A stretch of DNA of 64,000 nt from contig MU054049.1 in assembly GCA_013239625.1 (NCBI GenBank), positions 1,067,015 through 1,131,014 of the forward strand. Reading direction: 5' to 3'. Both the position numbers and the translations under genes were made by a program. The DNA is from Lama guanicoe (Eukaryota). A model generated the notes under the pieces. The model ran no database searches. It was not told where the DNA came from and was given only the letters and a program-made list of their open reading frames with translations. This document shows, one piece after another, positions 13,418 through 27,453 of the stretch; the stretch's first letter is position 1, and every line of letters starts with the position of its first letter.

Positions 13418-14908
13418 GTATGCCCTAGGGTGGGGGTGGTGAGAGAGGGAGGGCCATCTCTTCAGGGGACACGTGATCCAGGTGCCATCCAGACCCCATT
13501 AGAATGTGAGGGGCACGCCTCTGTGACCCACATCACAGCTCTTTGGGACACACAGTGACTCCCCTTGGCTTATGTTGGTTTGGTCCCCTGGCTGAGATGA
13601 AATTCTGCCCTCTGCTTCACTGTCTCCAGAGTCCCTGTCATTTGGCTGCTGATCCCTTCTCTCTTACTATGTCATTTAGGATCCAGCCTCTTTGCTTTAT
13701 TTTCCCCTTGACACGACCCAGAGCGGCCGTGGAGATACAGGAATACAGGACAGGGCAGTTCCATGGCCTCGCGGCAGTTGAGTGCCGGTCTGCCCTCTTC
13801 TGACCACGTGGACCCCTCCTCAGGCCACCGCCCCTCTCCTCTGCCCTGCCCACCACTTCACCCACCTTCCAGCTCCTGGTCATTTCCTGGCCATGTGGTT
13901 TAGAGGTCTCCTGATTGTCCCCTCCAGCTAGGGTCTCAGAGCCTTGTCTGGTGCATTCAAGGGCTCACCCAGGTACTAATCAGAGCTGACTCCTTCCAGA
14001 GGCAGAGCTCTGCTGTCAGCGAGTCGCAGCCCACCCCAGAGAGACATCACCTGATTTAGAAGCATCACCTCAGTGGCAGAGGAAGGAGGAAGAACTCTGG
14101 GGTCCCTGCTGGCCCCAAACACTTCTTACCTTCACCAGTCCAGCCTCAGTAAAAGCGAAGCTTTTGTGCCCAGGGGCCTCCCAGGCAGAGGAAGAAATGA
14201 GGGACCACTCTTGTAGGAAGGGAGGGCCCAGATCCTTCCCCCTACCCTCTTGGCAGAATGTTTGCTCTGCAAAGGCCAACAGAGTGGGCAGGGCTTGGCC
14301 CTCAGGAACCAAGAATAATTTCATTTGTAAATTTCTTTGTTCCTTGATCCTCCTGCAGGAGGCCTTATTATTATTTTCTGAAATGAAGACTCAGGGAAGC
14401 CCTTCTGGGGGTGCTCATGACCAGTCACCCTGCTGACAAGGGTTTAGCTGACTCCTTTCCTCTCCCTCCCCCTCCGCGGCTTTTGCCCACAAAGCAGCGT
14501 TGGTTCTCATTTGGCCTGCCCTTAGTGCGGGTCTTTGAGCGGAGAGTGAGCTGGGAAGGGGCTGGTGGAGGAGGCCCCACCCTGACAGTGCTGACGTCAG
14601 CAGCAAGGGCTCAGTCCCACGGGGCGCCGCCACCTGGGCACCATTGTGCACCTCTCTGGCTTCCGTTTCCCTGCAGTGCACAGGCAACCACGTCCTGTCT
14701 TTTCCACCATTACATATGTAGCATTTAGTACATTTTGGGCACGTAGCAAGTACTCACAAATTATTATTTTTTTTTTATAATTCTGTGTCTGCCTTACAGG
14801 TTATATATAGTAGCAAACAGGTGTAGTGGCTTTCTTTCTCTTCAGTAAAAGGGGATTGTTTCCAGATGGCTGGTTAGCCTGACAGTGGTGGAGGGCAGAA
14901 ACGTCAGG

Positions 14909-14910
<2 letters not shown>

Positions 14911-14938
<28 letters not shown>
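14911..14938. repeat. (GT)14 microsatellite
   Basis: Pure GT run. Confidence 0.95.
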
Positions 14939-14939
<1 letters not shown>

Positions 14940-16034
14940 GCCAGGTGAGGCAGGGGGCGCTTTGTGAGCAGGACTGTCACCCGTCCAGCCCTAAATTCTC
15001 CCAGGAGAAAGTCAGAGTCTAGGCACTCCAGGTTGCCGGGGCAAGACTCCATAAGAGTCTACATTCATCATCCATTTGCACATTATTTATATTTCTGCTT
15101 GTAAAAAAAAAAGTCTGAGGCTCTTAAGTGCACCTGCAGAGGAGGGGACCTTACATTATCATTATAAGGACTTTCCCTCTGCTCAGGAGTCTAGTGAGCT
15201 GCACTTTGAGAACTCACTTCCAGCCAGGTAGGAGCAGGACCTGACTGGTGTTGGATGCAGCACCTCATCTCTGAGTCTGACCTTCACCCACCCTATCTGT
15301 GCCTCCGGGCCTGGGCCTCACCTCCGCCCCCCAGGTCCCTCCCTCCAGCCCTGGGAATCCTCTCACTGACCGCCTCTCATCCCTGAGCCTCCTCCTGTAT
15401 GTGGGCTCACTCTAGCACTATTCCAAGTCTACTGTTTACTTGCTGTGGCTTACAAGGGCGAGGGAGAGAGAAAGAAGGGAGGGGAAAGAGAAAGGAAATC
15501 AGATAGAGTTCGCTTAGGCATTAACAAAATACCCTTGAAACAACTTTGCTGTGTCAGTGTGGCCACATCAAAATGGCTCAGTGAAGTGGGCTTGGCAAAG
15601 CACACATGCCTTTAAGACTGTAGGTCAATGCAGGATGCTGCCCAGATCGGGATGTTACACGCACCCAGTCAGCCCCTAGTGTTCCTGGTAAGATGACGCT
15701 TTGGTTTAGGAAATCAAACCCTTGACCAAGCAGTGAATTCATTGTTTGACGTTGGGAGGGATTCTTGATGGATGTTCATTGGTCAGGGTGGGTCAGTCTC
15801 GATCTTCTGTAAATCAGGCATTTACGGAAAATCAGTCTCATAGTTCTTAAGTTTTATTTTCCAAGGGCACATGCGTGAGATTTGCCATTTCATATTCTCC
15901 AGTTCCATTTTTAGATTGAAATCCTTTCACACCTGACACAGAGTCCCAAATGACCCACAGCAAGTGGCTCTGTTTCCACGGGTGTCTCCATTCCATGAAA
16001 CTTTAGGAAAAGTAAAAGGGGTTTCTCTTTATAG

Positions 16035-16120
16035 GACATCGCCCTGGAGATCTTTTTTCAAAATGGATATTCCAAGTTTCTTGTCTTCCACAACAGTGAT
16101 CGGAGTAAGGTCTTTAAAAG
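16035..16120 (+). CDS. WDFY4: WDFY4 exon, DIALEIFFQNGYSKFLVFHNSDRSKVFK(S)
   Basis: Acceptor tttctctttatag|GAC, donor AAG|gtaagg; 86 nt, phase 0-2; ALEIF motif of PH-BEACH proteins. Confidence 0.94.
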
Positions 16121-17596
16121 GTAAGGCTCTGAAAAGTCCTCCACTAAGCAAACTGATCATGAACCAATAGCAGAGGAACAGCTCTGTTCACAGGAGAATT
16201 GTTCTCAACCTACAGTGAGCAGGGCTTAGGTTAGACACAAGGAAGGACTTACCCACAGAACTGTTGAGTTACAGAGCACAGTATGGAGAAAGCTATAAAA
16301 GCTCCTTCCCTAAATCCTGGGAACCAGATTCTATTTCATGGACTGAAGTAGTTTGAGACAACAATAACTGAAGGGAGAAAAAATTGTGCAGATGCAACAT
16401 ATTTAATGAGGCTTCCAGAATTTTCTGGCTTTATCTTTCAATTCTCCAAGTAAATTTTTTTTTTTGGCTGAATCTTTCTGTTTGATCCCAGTTGCCAATT
16501 TTAGTTGTTTTGACTTCATATTTCATTGGTAAGAGCTCCATACAACTGATTGCCCACTTCCTCAAGGAACATCTTTTTTTCTTAAAGAGAGAAGCATGCT
16601 GCTTTAATTTAACTTGTCTTTCTCCAAATAGATTAATCAATCTAAGGGATGTAAGCTATAGTTTAAATTTTTAGTTTATTTTTATTGGCATTAAAGTTAT
16701 AGATACGTAGATTTGCAGAGAATCTAGAAGGGACCGGAGGAGAGGTAGGTTCCTGGCCATAAACAGACCACACAAAAGTTGGATTAATGGAGGGGGTGGT
16801 CACATTGAGCTCCATTTTGGGCTGGAAGTTCTGAGGTGAGGCCTGACATCCCTGGCCGAATGTTCCAGGTCATTTTGTGCTCCGAGGTTCTAGTCTTGTC
16901 TTCCTGTCAGCCCTGGCCAGTCACTGGCACCAGGACCAACTGCTGGGTTGGAAGGAGAGGGCCAGGGTGGAGAGAGACAGCTCTCACAGAGAGGCTGTTT
17001 GCGCCCGCCCTGGGCGCATCTCCATGGACTGTGATTCTCCCTTTGAGGTTCTTTCAAGAACGGTGGTCATACCGCCTCCTGAAAGGTCTTCAAGTTCCAT
17101 TTCAGACCCAACTGAAGGAGACATGCAGCGTTGAAACTTACATTCATTTTCTCTTGTCATTTCTGCGCAGTAAACAAAGTTTTCCGTGATTGATCTAGAA
17201 GTCTTATACATCTGTAGCTCAGGCAGTGAGTGGTGCCCAACCCCACTTCATGCTGCTCACGGAGCGTTAAATTAAGACGCCCCTTGTCCCTGGACTACCG
17301 CAGGGGTTGCTGAAATCAGCAACAGAAATGCCAAGTGCCTGGCCCAGAGGAGGTCTCTAAAACATGTAATTTTTATTGTAACTATTGTTCTGTTGTTATC
17401 ATTGCTGGTATTAAAGCTAGAATGTGTAACGGCAGAGGATGTTAAGGGTGCCTGCCAGGTACATCCAGATCTGGGGGCAGATGGGGCCCCCTGAGGTGGC
17501 AAGAATGGACCAACCTCTTGCCTGGCTCCTAAGATGTCTCCCTGGTGGTGGAAAAGTCCTGACTCTGCTAATAGGATGGTTTCCCTTTTTGTCCAG

Positions 17597-17659
17597 CTTC
17601 TGCTCCTTCCAACCCAGCTTGAAGGGAAAAAGCTTCACGGAGGACCCACTTAATCTAAG
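17597..17659 (+). CDS. WDFY4: WDFY4 exon, (S)FCSFQPSLKGKSFTEDPLNL(R), PH-BEACH linker
   Basis: Acceptor cctttttgtccag|C, donor AAG|gtaacg; 63 nt, phase 2-2. Confidence 0.9.
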
Positions 17660-18419
17660 GTAACGGGTGCAGGGGGGAAGCCAGCCATGCTCTCTGGGCC
17701 AGCTGTGTTGGCCTCACTTTGATTGTCTCCATTTGCCTGATCCCACTGCCAAGAAGGCGGGCCAAGAGCACACCAGCCTGCCTTCTGGATTATATTTCCC
17801 GCTCCCAGCCCCATAGCACCCTCATCCTACTCCTGAAGTTCCTTCTGCCAATTAAACCTCTACAGCCAACAGACTTGAAGTCCCAAGTGCTCCGGGGCTT
17901 GTTCAAACCAAAATGGCAGGGAGTGACCCTCCGCCTGTGGTGGGTGGGGGCAGGTTGCCCAGAAAGCTGTCCACCTTGGGATCAGGCCCTCAGGTGGGGG
18001 TGTGAGCCATCCCAGGTCTGTCATTTCTATCTGGGACTCTCTGAAAGCTCGGAAAATAAATAAATACATGATAGTATCAAATCAGATGTTAATTTATGAG
18101 TCTATGATAGGGAGCATCTTTCCCAGGAGACAGAAGGCTTACAGCCCCTTCCCAAGGCCCCCGCTTACAAGTACCCAGTTCTCCGGAAGGCCTGTTCAGG
18201 ATCAGCAGGTGCTTTATTTCAGTTAGGAGTGGGAATAGGGCGAAGACACTGGTTGCTGGTCTTCTCCAGAAGTTTGTGGGGGATTGGACGGGGAGGGGAG
18301 TGGTGTTCAAAATATTTATAACGACTATGGGACGCATGCCATCCGTTCTTTTAAAACTATTTACTGATAGCTTGTCATTTACCGATAGCTTGTCGTGTGG
18401 TGTTTGCTGCTTGACAGGG

Positions 18420-19380
18420 CAACAAGCAAAATGCTTGATCTCCTCTGTTTGTTGAGTTTGCACTCTTGTGAGGAAGATAGATAGAGAACAATTTAAAAGA
18501 GTGAAATATAAAGCATCTTTGATAATGATAAGTTTAAGTATAAAAACCAAAGCAGGCAGAGGTAAGGGTTGAGATCTTAGACTGGATGGTAGGGGAAGCC
18601 CTCACCAAAAATGTGAGATCTAAGACTTGAACAAAGTGGGAGATAAGTTATTCAGATAACTGGGGAAAGTGTATTTCAGGCCAAGGGTAAAGGCCCCCAG
18701 GGGGAGCGTGGTGGGCCTGGCTGGGGCCACAGTGGTTGGGGTGCGGGGAGTCAGTGGGAGGAGAGTCAGACGTAGTCGGCTAGTTCACGTAAGCCTCGGG
18801 GCTCATGGTAACGGTGTCGGCTTTTACTCTGAATGAATGGGGAGCATTGGAAGGATCACGTGGCCTAATTTATATTTTAGAAGACTCACTTGGGCTGCTG
18901 TGTCGAGAATAGACCATAGTGGGTCAAAGGCAGAAGCTGGGAGGCTGGTTAGGAGGCTTTTGCAGTAATGCAGGCAAGAGATGATGGTGGCTCGGATGGG
19001 GGGAGGGGGTGCGGGGAGGGACAGTAAAGGTGGTGTGAAGTGCTCAGAGTGGACATGGCTGGGCATGACTGAAGGTACATCTCATGAGATTTGTTAACAA
19101 ATCAAGCATGGGTAGGATATGTGTGTGTAAGAGAATGGACTTAAGGATAAGTCCAAGGATTTAGGCTTGAGCAATTGGGAGTGAAACGGGGAAGACCACA
19201 GGAAGAACTACTCTGGGGGTATGGTGGATATCAGGGCTTGATTTTGGACATGTTCATTTGGAGATGCCTGTCGGACATCTAGGTGGAGAAGTCATGTAGG
19301 TGACTGAATATATGATTTTGAAATTCAGAGGGGTGGTGCTCCAGAGAAATGCAGATCCAGGCTCATGCAGGATGAGCTTT
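18420..19380 (-). mobile_element. L2 fragment including degenerate ORF2 C-terminus
   Basis: Minus ORF 18824-19066 ATIISCLHYCKSLLTSLPAS resembles the L2 SRLDYCNSLL.GLP motif; nucleotide motif ggaggct..tgcagtaat.caggcaagagatgatggtggc. Confidence 0.85.
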
Positions 19381-22319
19381 GACAAAATGAGGAAGCTGGA
19401 GCCCTGGTCCCAAGCTCTGAGGCCACCCAAGCAGCCAGGGCATGTGGTGATGGATGGGCGGCAACAGGCAGCCATGAGCTTTGGGGTCAACCTGGTTTGG
19501 GCTCATAGTAGGTGCTCAGTAAACTGTAATACCTATGTTTGGTTTTAGAATCAGCTGTTGTGTTTTGGGGCGTGTTTATGGAGCAGTTGATTAGCACATC
19601 TGTCTGCTCTTAGCTCTTCTGAGGGTCTCCCAGCCCTTCCCCTACCAGACACAGTGTGCCTTCCCGCATTTCGGGGTGGGGAAGGCAGTGGTGGCTCCCA
19701 GACTTAGGACCCCTCATTCATGCTTGGAATGAACGTGGCCATTTTTCATTTGGATTACCAAGGACAGTGCCCCATCCATACACCAAGTCTTAACAAATGC
19801 CTAGCTGCCCTTGGGACACTCCAGTGAACACGAGCTTCTCATCTCTGAAGGAGGCATGTGGTCCATTCTCAGGGTTTTCAACTGGCCCACGATGCTTGGC
19901 ATGTGCTATGGATTTTCATGTCTTCAGCCGCTAGCTCTTCATGACTGATCTGGCCCCTCTAGAGGCCATCCTGACATATGGGAGACCAGAGCTTTTTGGT
20001 ACCAGAATTTTGCCTAGAATTTTCAGTGACAGTGGTTGCCGCCATAACTGAATTCCAAGGAGGTTCTGTGGGCCTGGAGCCCAAGTGGAAAATGCTTGCA
20101 AAGCCTAGATGAGCCTGGGATCTGTAATCCTGTGTCTCCCCATGTGCAAGACTAGACCATTCTGAAGGCAGCATGGCAGCATAATCAGACATCATTGGGG
20201 TGCAGGGCTTTGCAAGCACACAGTGGCTTCTCATGTAGAGCCAGCCAGCTAGACGCGCCCCCGCCACCGGATAAGCATCCAATGACCAGAAAGCTGCACG
20301 ATATTAGGCACAGGCAGGCTCCGTGGAGATGTGGGAGTAGCTGAAGTTACAGGAAAAGGGAAGCTAGTTATCAATGTACAAGTAAAGAAACACACATTTT
20401 TGTACTTGAAGTTATCTGTCCCCTTCCACAAAGGGCTGGAGACAGCTTCAAAACTAAATATAGGCTACAATGATCCTTTAAAAATTACCCCAAAACTCCT
20501 TTAAAGGAAAAAAACATAGATGGGATATCAGGTACATGGAGTGATCTGGTTACTCTAATTGTCCCAAAACTAACAAAAATCAAACAACTGTGCTGGGTTA
20601 CAACGTTTTCCAGTGACATATAACAAGAAACAGAGGGTTTTGTGCACTTTGTTTTTTCCTGGAACATACTTTCTCTTGGCACTGAATATCAGATTTGTCC
20701 TTGTCTAAATAGGGTAGTTCCCTTTTTATAAAAAATGAAAAAAGAGCATGACAGAATGTAACTTTCTATGCTGATTCTCTGAAAAAGCAGAGCCCTCACA
20801 TTTTGATGTATTTCTGTACAGACGTGGCTTTGGGATGTGATCTGGTTCAGTTCCATCTCTTCATAGGGGTCTCAGTTCCTTCTGAGCCCAGAGTTCAGAG
20901 AAATACAAGGCCTGGGTGCCTGTCTGGCCCTTCTCTGAAATCTCTGTGGCACACGGCACACGTCTTTGAATGGGTGAAGGGCATCTTCCCATGGCTGTGG
21001 TCCCTGACAAGGCCTGAAATAAATACTTGCAGTGTCATCCAGACCTAAGTGTCCTTGGGCTGGAAGAAACTGTTGGTTGTCAGGTAGTGCCTATACTTAG
21101 GGCCTTACTGTATCTGGATGCTTGTAGTTTCTGAAATGTTCTCTCAGTTGTACAGATGACTTAAATATAATGGTTAGGATGAAATTCATTTTTTGGCACA
21201 AAGTTCTGCAGTTGAGGAAGTAGCGTCTTTTATGGATTTCCTTTTAATGAATGAGTTTCCTTTATAGATTATTTTTGAAAAATAGTGAAAGACAGAGAAC
21301 TTAGAAAACCAACCATAAGAAGCTATAAACTCCCATGAGAAGATGGTCTTCCACGATAATCAATCACACCCCTCAGGGCACTACTGGTGGCACTGTGGAG
21401 GCTAAATTTCAAGTACTCCATCTCCCCACTTCTGCCCCTTCGGTCCTAGTCTCCGTAGATCATCACTGTTGACCAGCTGGAAGACTGAGGATCTGTAATG
21501 TGCATGATTGCTTTGATAGAGAGATTTTCCTCCATCACTGAGTGGGGAGACATGCTCCTTTGGCTTCTTGGTAAAGCACAGCCCTGGGACAGCAGTTGTA
21601 GGGGCCACACAACTCAAACCCCGGGGTTACAGCAGAATCACTGGAACCAGAGGTGCACTAAACCCCTGGTGGGATGACCCATGCCCTGGCATCGTGGATT
21701 TTCTCACATGGTTGGTTCAACAGGCCCTGGGCAGTGGACCCCTGTGACCTGCAGTGAGCTCCACCTGAGCCCCGCTCAGACTTCGTTTTGGGGCCCCTCC
21801 ATGCTCTGTCTTTCCTGTTCATGTCTCCTCCTAGCACAATCCTTAGTCCTGACCCCAGACCTCTTTCTAGGCAGAAGCCCAACTTAAGCCCTGTTCTCCG
21901 CACCAAGCCTGGCCCCTTTGTCCATCCAGCTTCACCCAGCCGAGGTGCTTCCACGGGGTAGTGGGCAGGTGTGTGAAAGTCCAGAACTGGGAGAGGAGCA
22001 ACTCACTGGCTCACTGTCCCCCCACCCTACTTGCCACCTGTGTCCAGCCACCACCAGAAAACCTGGGGCACAGACAGAGAAGCTATGCGTTGTCTTTTTA
22101 TTATTTTAGCGTCTTTCTTGGGAATCTTCAATAAGATAAGAGCAACATGGATCATCTTAAGTTAGTCTGGTGATCCAAGGTTAAGGCACTCTTTCTCCCA
22201 AAATGCCTTAACTCTTCAGGATGGTTGAGGAACTTTATGCTTGCCATAGTCACTCATAAATTAGCCCTTGGCAGATACACAAAGATCTGTTTTTTGCTGC
22301 AAATAGGCTGTAAGATTTT

Positions 22320-23290
22320 TTTAAATTTTTTATTGTATTTTAAATTCAGTGTAGATTCATAGGAAGTTGCAAAAATAATACAGAGTCCCCAAGCAGCTTT
22401 CACTTGATTTCTCCCAATGGTTCCATCTTGTATAACTAAAGTACAATTTCAAAACCAGGAAACTGACATTGGTACAATTTGTATGCATAGTTCTTTGTCA
22501 TTTTATCACACGTGCAGATTCTTGTAACCCCCACCACGATCAATCGACGTACACAATTTGATCACCACAGTCATGGTCATGCTCAGCAGCATCAATCACC
22601 CCTTGTCAACCTTGACCCCTGGCAACCACTGATCTGTTTTTCATCTCTAGCATTTTGTCATTTAGAGGATATTCTGTAAGTGGAGTCACAGAGTATGTGA
22701 CCTTTGAAGATAGGCCTTTTTTACCCAGAATAATACCTTGAGATCATCCAAGTTGTATCCGTAGCGTGCTCTTTTGTTGCTGACTGGTATCACATACCAG
22801 AGTTGGTTAAACCATCCTGTTGAGGGAAACTTGGTTGTTCCTAGTTTGGGGCCATTACAAACAAAGCAGACTATTTACATTTAACAAATTACTAAGGTGT
22901 TAGCACATCAGTCTGGCCATTATATATTTTTTTGTTTCCTATTTTTCCCTCTGTTGTTCATTTCTCTTTTTCCTGCCTACCTTTGCATTACTGAAAGATT
23001 CGATAAAATTCTACTTTGATTTATGTAGTTTTTTTTTTATTTGAGGTTTTTTTGGTATGACTTCCTGGTATAAATTTTAGTTGCTTGAGGTATCATGTTA
23101 TACACACATAACTTATCAGAGGCAACTGGGGTTGGGATTTTACCAGTTCAAGTTAAGCGTAAGAGCATATGTCTTTTAAGTCTTAAAGCCTTCTTTTAAA
23201 TCTTCAGTTGTCTGTCATTTATATCTATCGTTGTGGTAAGCATTTCCTCTATACACATTAAAAAAAAATCACACATCAAGTATTTCCCAA
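22320..23290 (-). mobile_element. Old L1 (L1MC-like) 3' end plus adjacent L1 fragment
   Basis: tagattcataggaagttgcaaaaataatacagag...aaaaccaggaaactgacattggtacaat...cctggcaaccactgatctgtttt. Confidence 0.75.
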
Positions 23291-23442
23291 AGTCATTTTT
23301 GCACACAGATCATCAAAAAAGGCAAAGTGAATTTAAGAAGCAATTCAATGGCTTGGCCGGCACCAGAGAGCCTGGCTTCCAGAATGTTCCCCATGACACT
23401 CTCTTTCTTCTCCTAACTGAGCGCTTTTCTTCGTCAGAGTTG

Positions 23443-23448
23443 TTTATT
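23443..23448 (-). terminator. Candidate LRRC18 polyadenylation signal AATAAA
   Basis: + strand tttatt, ~440 nt downstream of the candidate terminal-exon stop codon. Confidence 0.35.
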
Positions 23449-23888
23449 CTTCTTAGCTGATTAGTCTTCAAGTTTTTGTCATAAGCTACTCTAGGGAGAT
23501 GTTGAGCGAATCCTGGGGATGGAGACACAAAAGGCCGAGGTGATTACTCCATGTCACGGGGTGAAACACAGCTAGGGAGAGGTCACACAGGGGTCACCTA
23601 GGTCATGCCTGACTCTCAGAGAGGTGGTGACTGGGTGAGCGTGGAAAGGACTTTTGTTCTATTTGAGGAAAGAGAAACCCCATGGTGTTCCTATCAAGTG
23701 TCTGGGGGCCTAATATGCTCTCCAGGAAGTAAAGGTGACTGGGGTCTTTTAGAGCATGAGGGACCATCAACACGAATCCTTCCCTTGACAGAAAAAGGAA
23801 TAAACTATAGAAGATGCCTTCTCTTAACGAGCTCCGTGTCTCGTCTTTGCTTCATCCTACTGCCAAAGTTTCCTGACGAATGAGGGGT

Positions 23889-23904
23889 CTAAGGTGAATG
23901 CATC
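23889..23904 (-). CDS. LRRC18: Candidate LRRC18 terminal coding exon, giving C-terminus ...EDWRMHSP*
   Basis: Minus-strand acceptor gttaac...ctttgatttgccccag|G ATG CAT TCA CCT TAG is phase-compatible with the donor AG|GTGACC overlapping the unspliced stop codon (intron 26683-23905). Inferred from sequence only. Confidence 0.5.
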
Positions 23905-24574
23905 CTGGGGCAAATCAAAGCCCCCGCCTGTTAACTTCTCAAGCCTGGTGAGGTTCAGTGCGCTTAAAATCTCTCTCTAAGACATAGCTGCAGGCGTGAA
24001 AGCCCAGCAAAGCACCTAGAGATGAAGGATGGCAAAACCCGTCATCGTGCACGCCACCCACTCCGCCGGCAGGAAATCCAGGAGAAGCGCTGGGCAGAGA
24101 TTTTGAGGACCACGTGCAGTAAGGGAAGCTGCTGCGATGGAGCCGGAGAGGGAGTAGAAGGGCCAACCTGTGGGCCAGACCAAGACCCCTTGTGGAGGCG
24201 CACGGAGATCTTTTTCCTTAACTCCTGCTCTTCGCTGATCCTTCTTAATGACTAAGAAGGGAACATTAATTCTAAAGAAAAAGTGTCTCAAGGGAACAGA
24301 ATGGAAATGGACAGGATCCAAATAACTAGCCACGATTCTGTTTGGAATGAATGCCCCTGTGCCCCTTGGGTCAGAGATGAAGTAGCTAAAATATAGCAGG
24401 ATGGCTCCCCTGGAGACATGCTCAAGGCCCAGCACTCCCGTGGGGACTCCTGAGCCTCAGGCATGGCATCTCATCATGCACTTCACAGACACGGGTCCTC
24501 TATTCCTCTACAGACGGGCTTCTAAGAAATCATTCTGGTCATTAAATGAAGGGGAAATTGTAAAGAATGACATT

Positions 24575-25100
24575 CAGTGCTCACAAGGACATAATGAAAT
24601 GGGTTCTCTAATATATTCCTGGTAGATATATAAATGGGTATAAACTTTTTATAAGCCACTTGATAGCGCATATCAAAAGTTATTTTAAAAACACATCCTT
24701 TAACACAGTATTTGCAATAATGAAGCTCTACCAGAAAATAATGCAAAATATTTTAAAAGTCTTAACCATTCAGGCTTCATCACAAAACAATTTCTGTTAG
24801 TGAAAAACTGGGAACAACTTGAAAACCCAACAGTAACTTATAGTAACGTATATTCATGCTAAACTATCTCGCAGATGTTTTAAATTATGGTTACTAAGAT
24901 GGTGTAAACACGTGGGTTTGAAAGCAGGATAAAAATGACACGAATGCTATTATTCTAACTATGTATAAAAATATACACAGAAAAATAACTTGTAGGGAAA
25001 TCTGTCAATATTACAGCTGGCTTACCCTGTAGAATTGTAAGCTGCTATATTTAAAACAATATATGGTTTTGTTCCTTTTATAATAAATAGAAAACATTTA
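24575..25100 (+). mobile_element. Highly degenerate L1ME-like fragment
   Basis: AT-rich segment resembling an L1 3' region (ctggtagatatataaatgggtataaacttttt; gaaaaactgggaacaacttgaaaacccaacagta). Confidence 0.5.
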
Positions 25101-26679
25101 ATAAGGAGGAAAGCTGAAAAGGGAATTTTGAATCTATATCTTCAAAGATTTTAGAAATATGATAGAGTCGTCACAGCTAAGCATTACCACGGAAAAGCAG
25201 CAGTGAGGAGGGAAAAAATGAAGCACGCTGTCTGCTACGGTTTATAACATGAAAAAGAAATATGTTAGTTACACTGAACTAATGAATATCCGTCTCTTGG
25301 TGCATTTCCATTAACTACTAGAAAACTTGCCACCAACACAGGAAAGCCTTGATTTAAGCAACAAAGCAAAACTATTCTAACACTGTCTTCCTTGATCCGT
25401 TTCTTTTAGGCAGTATGAAGGCGTGAGTGAGTGGTCCAGAGAAGGTCCTCAGCTATTGTGAGGATTGACTCTACCTCTGTCATTTCTGCCAACAGCTCTA
25501 GAGGGACTAGGGACACTGTCAAAGTGGAATTTCAGCTTTGAGTTGCGCCAAGCTCCAATTCTTAGAGAGAACTGACTTCTACCAAGTAGTCCTGCTCTGA
25601 GCATCTGCTGGAGACCCACAGCAACCCTTAGAGTTGGGCTGGTGTTATTTCCACTTTACAGATGAAGGAACCAAAGCTGAGTAGAATGCCCAGGGAGATG
25701 GATGGCAAGGAAGAGGCAGAGCTGTCCCACGCCAGATGTGTCCAACTCCAGAATCTTTGGCTTTTTCTCTATACCAGGCCAGCCCTGTACACTGTTAGGC
25801 TCTGATCGCCTAACTTCCTCAAACAATGACATCACGCCCTGTCTTCTTTCATCTCATCTTCCCCACAGGTTGCACAGGGCAAGGCAAGCTTTCCCCCATT
25901 GGACACAGTCCCTGCTCCCAGCACAGTGCCTCACAAGGTATTTATTTACTGACTGCACCAACCCCTATGTGCACACATTCTTTCCTTACTCCACAAAGGT
26001 CTGCAAAAGTGTTGGACGTAATAAGATGGGAGTGCAACCTCACTCATTCACAGCCAGTCAAGGGCTGGCAGGTTTAGGCTAAAAAGCTCCTAGAACAAAT
26101 TATGCAAGTGCAGATAAGAGAAAAGGATAGGACTGCTTTAAGCCCAAGATGTTAATGCCAGTACTTAGCGACAATATCTGCCCATCACTGTGGCCCAGTT
26201 TTGTCCCCTTCCCAAGATGAAATGTCCATCAGCCCTCCTACCAACCCATCCTCTGAGATTCCTGACTTTTGAAGCCCTGATCCAAAGCATTCCTATAGAA
26301 CAGGCTCCCCATTTGGGAGCTGGCAGTGGTCCTGAAATGGGTGATAATGAGGTTAAGAGTATGCTCGTGTGAGCTGCCCGCGCCGTGGGCTGTAGGCAGA
26401 GTTCTGGGGTGGAAGTGAGATGGACGGCCCTTTCCTGACTCATTGTGCCTGTACATGTGGGTGTGTGAATGCAGAGACAGAAATGTATGGAATGGCAAAG
26501 AACTAAAAGCCTTTCAATCAACAAAATCACAAGCCAAGGAGGTCAGGAAAGGTATTTTATGGGCTTGGCTGGAGGAGCTATTGCAGTGATGAAAGACTCC
26601 CTCAGTTTTCTGAGGGTGCCCCCACTGCCATCTTCCCTCCCTCCTATTTCCGTTCCTGCCTTGGGGTCAGGGTCCCAGG

Positions 26680-27453
<774 letters not shown>

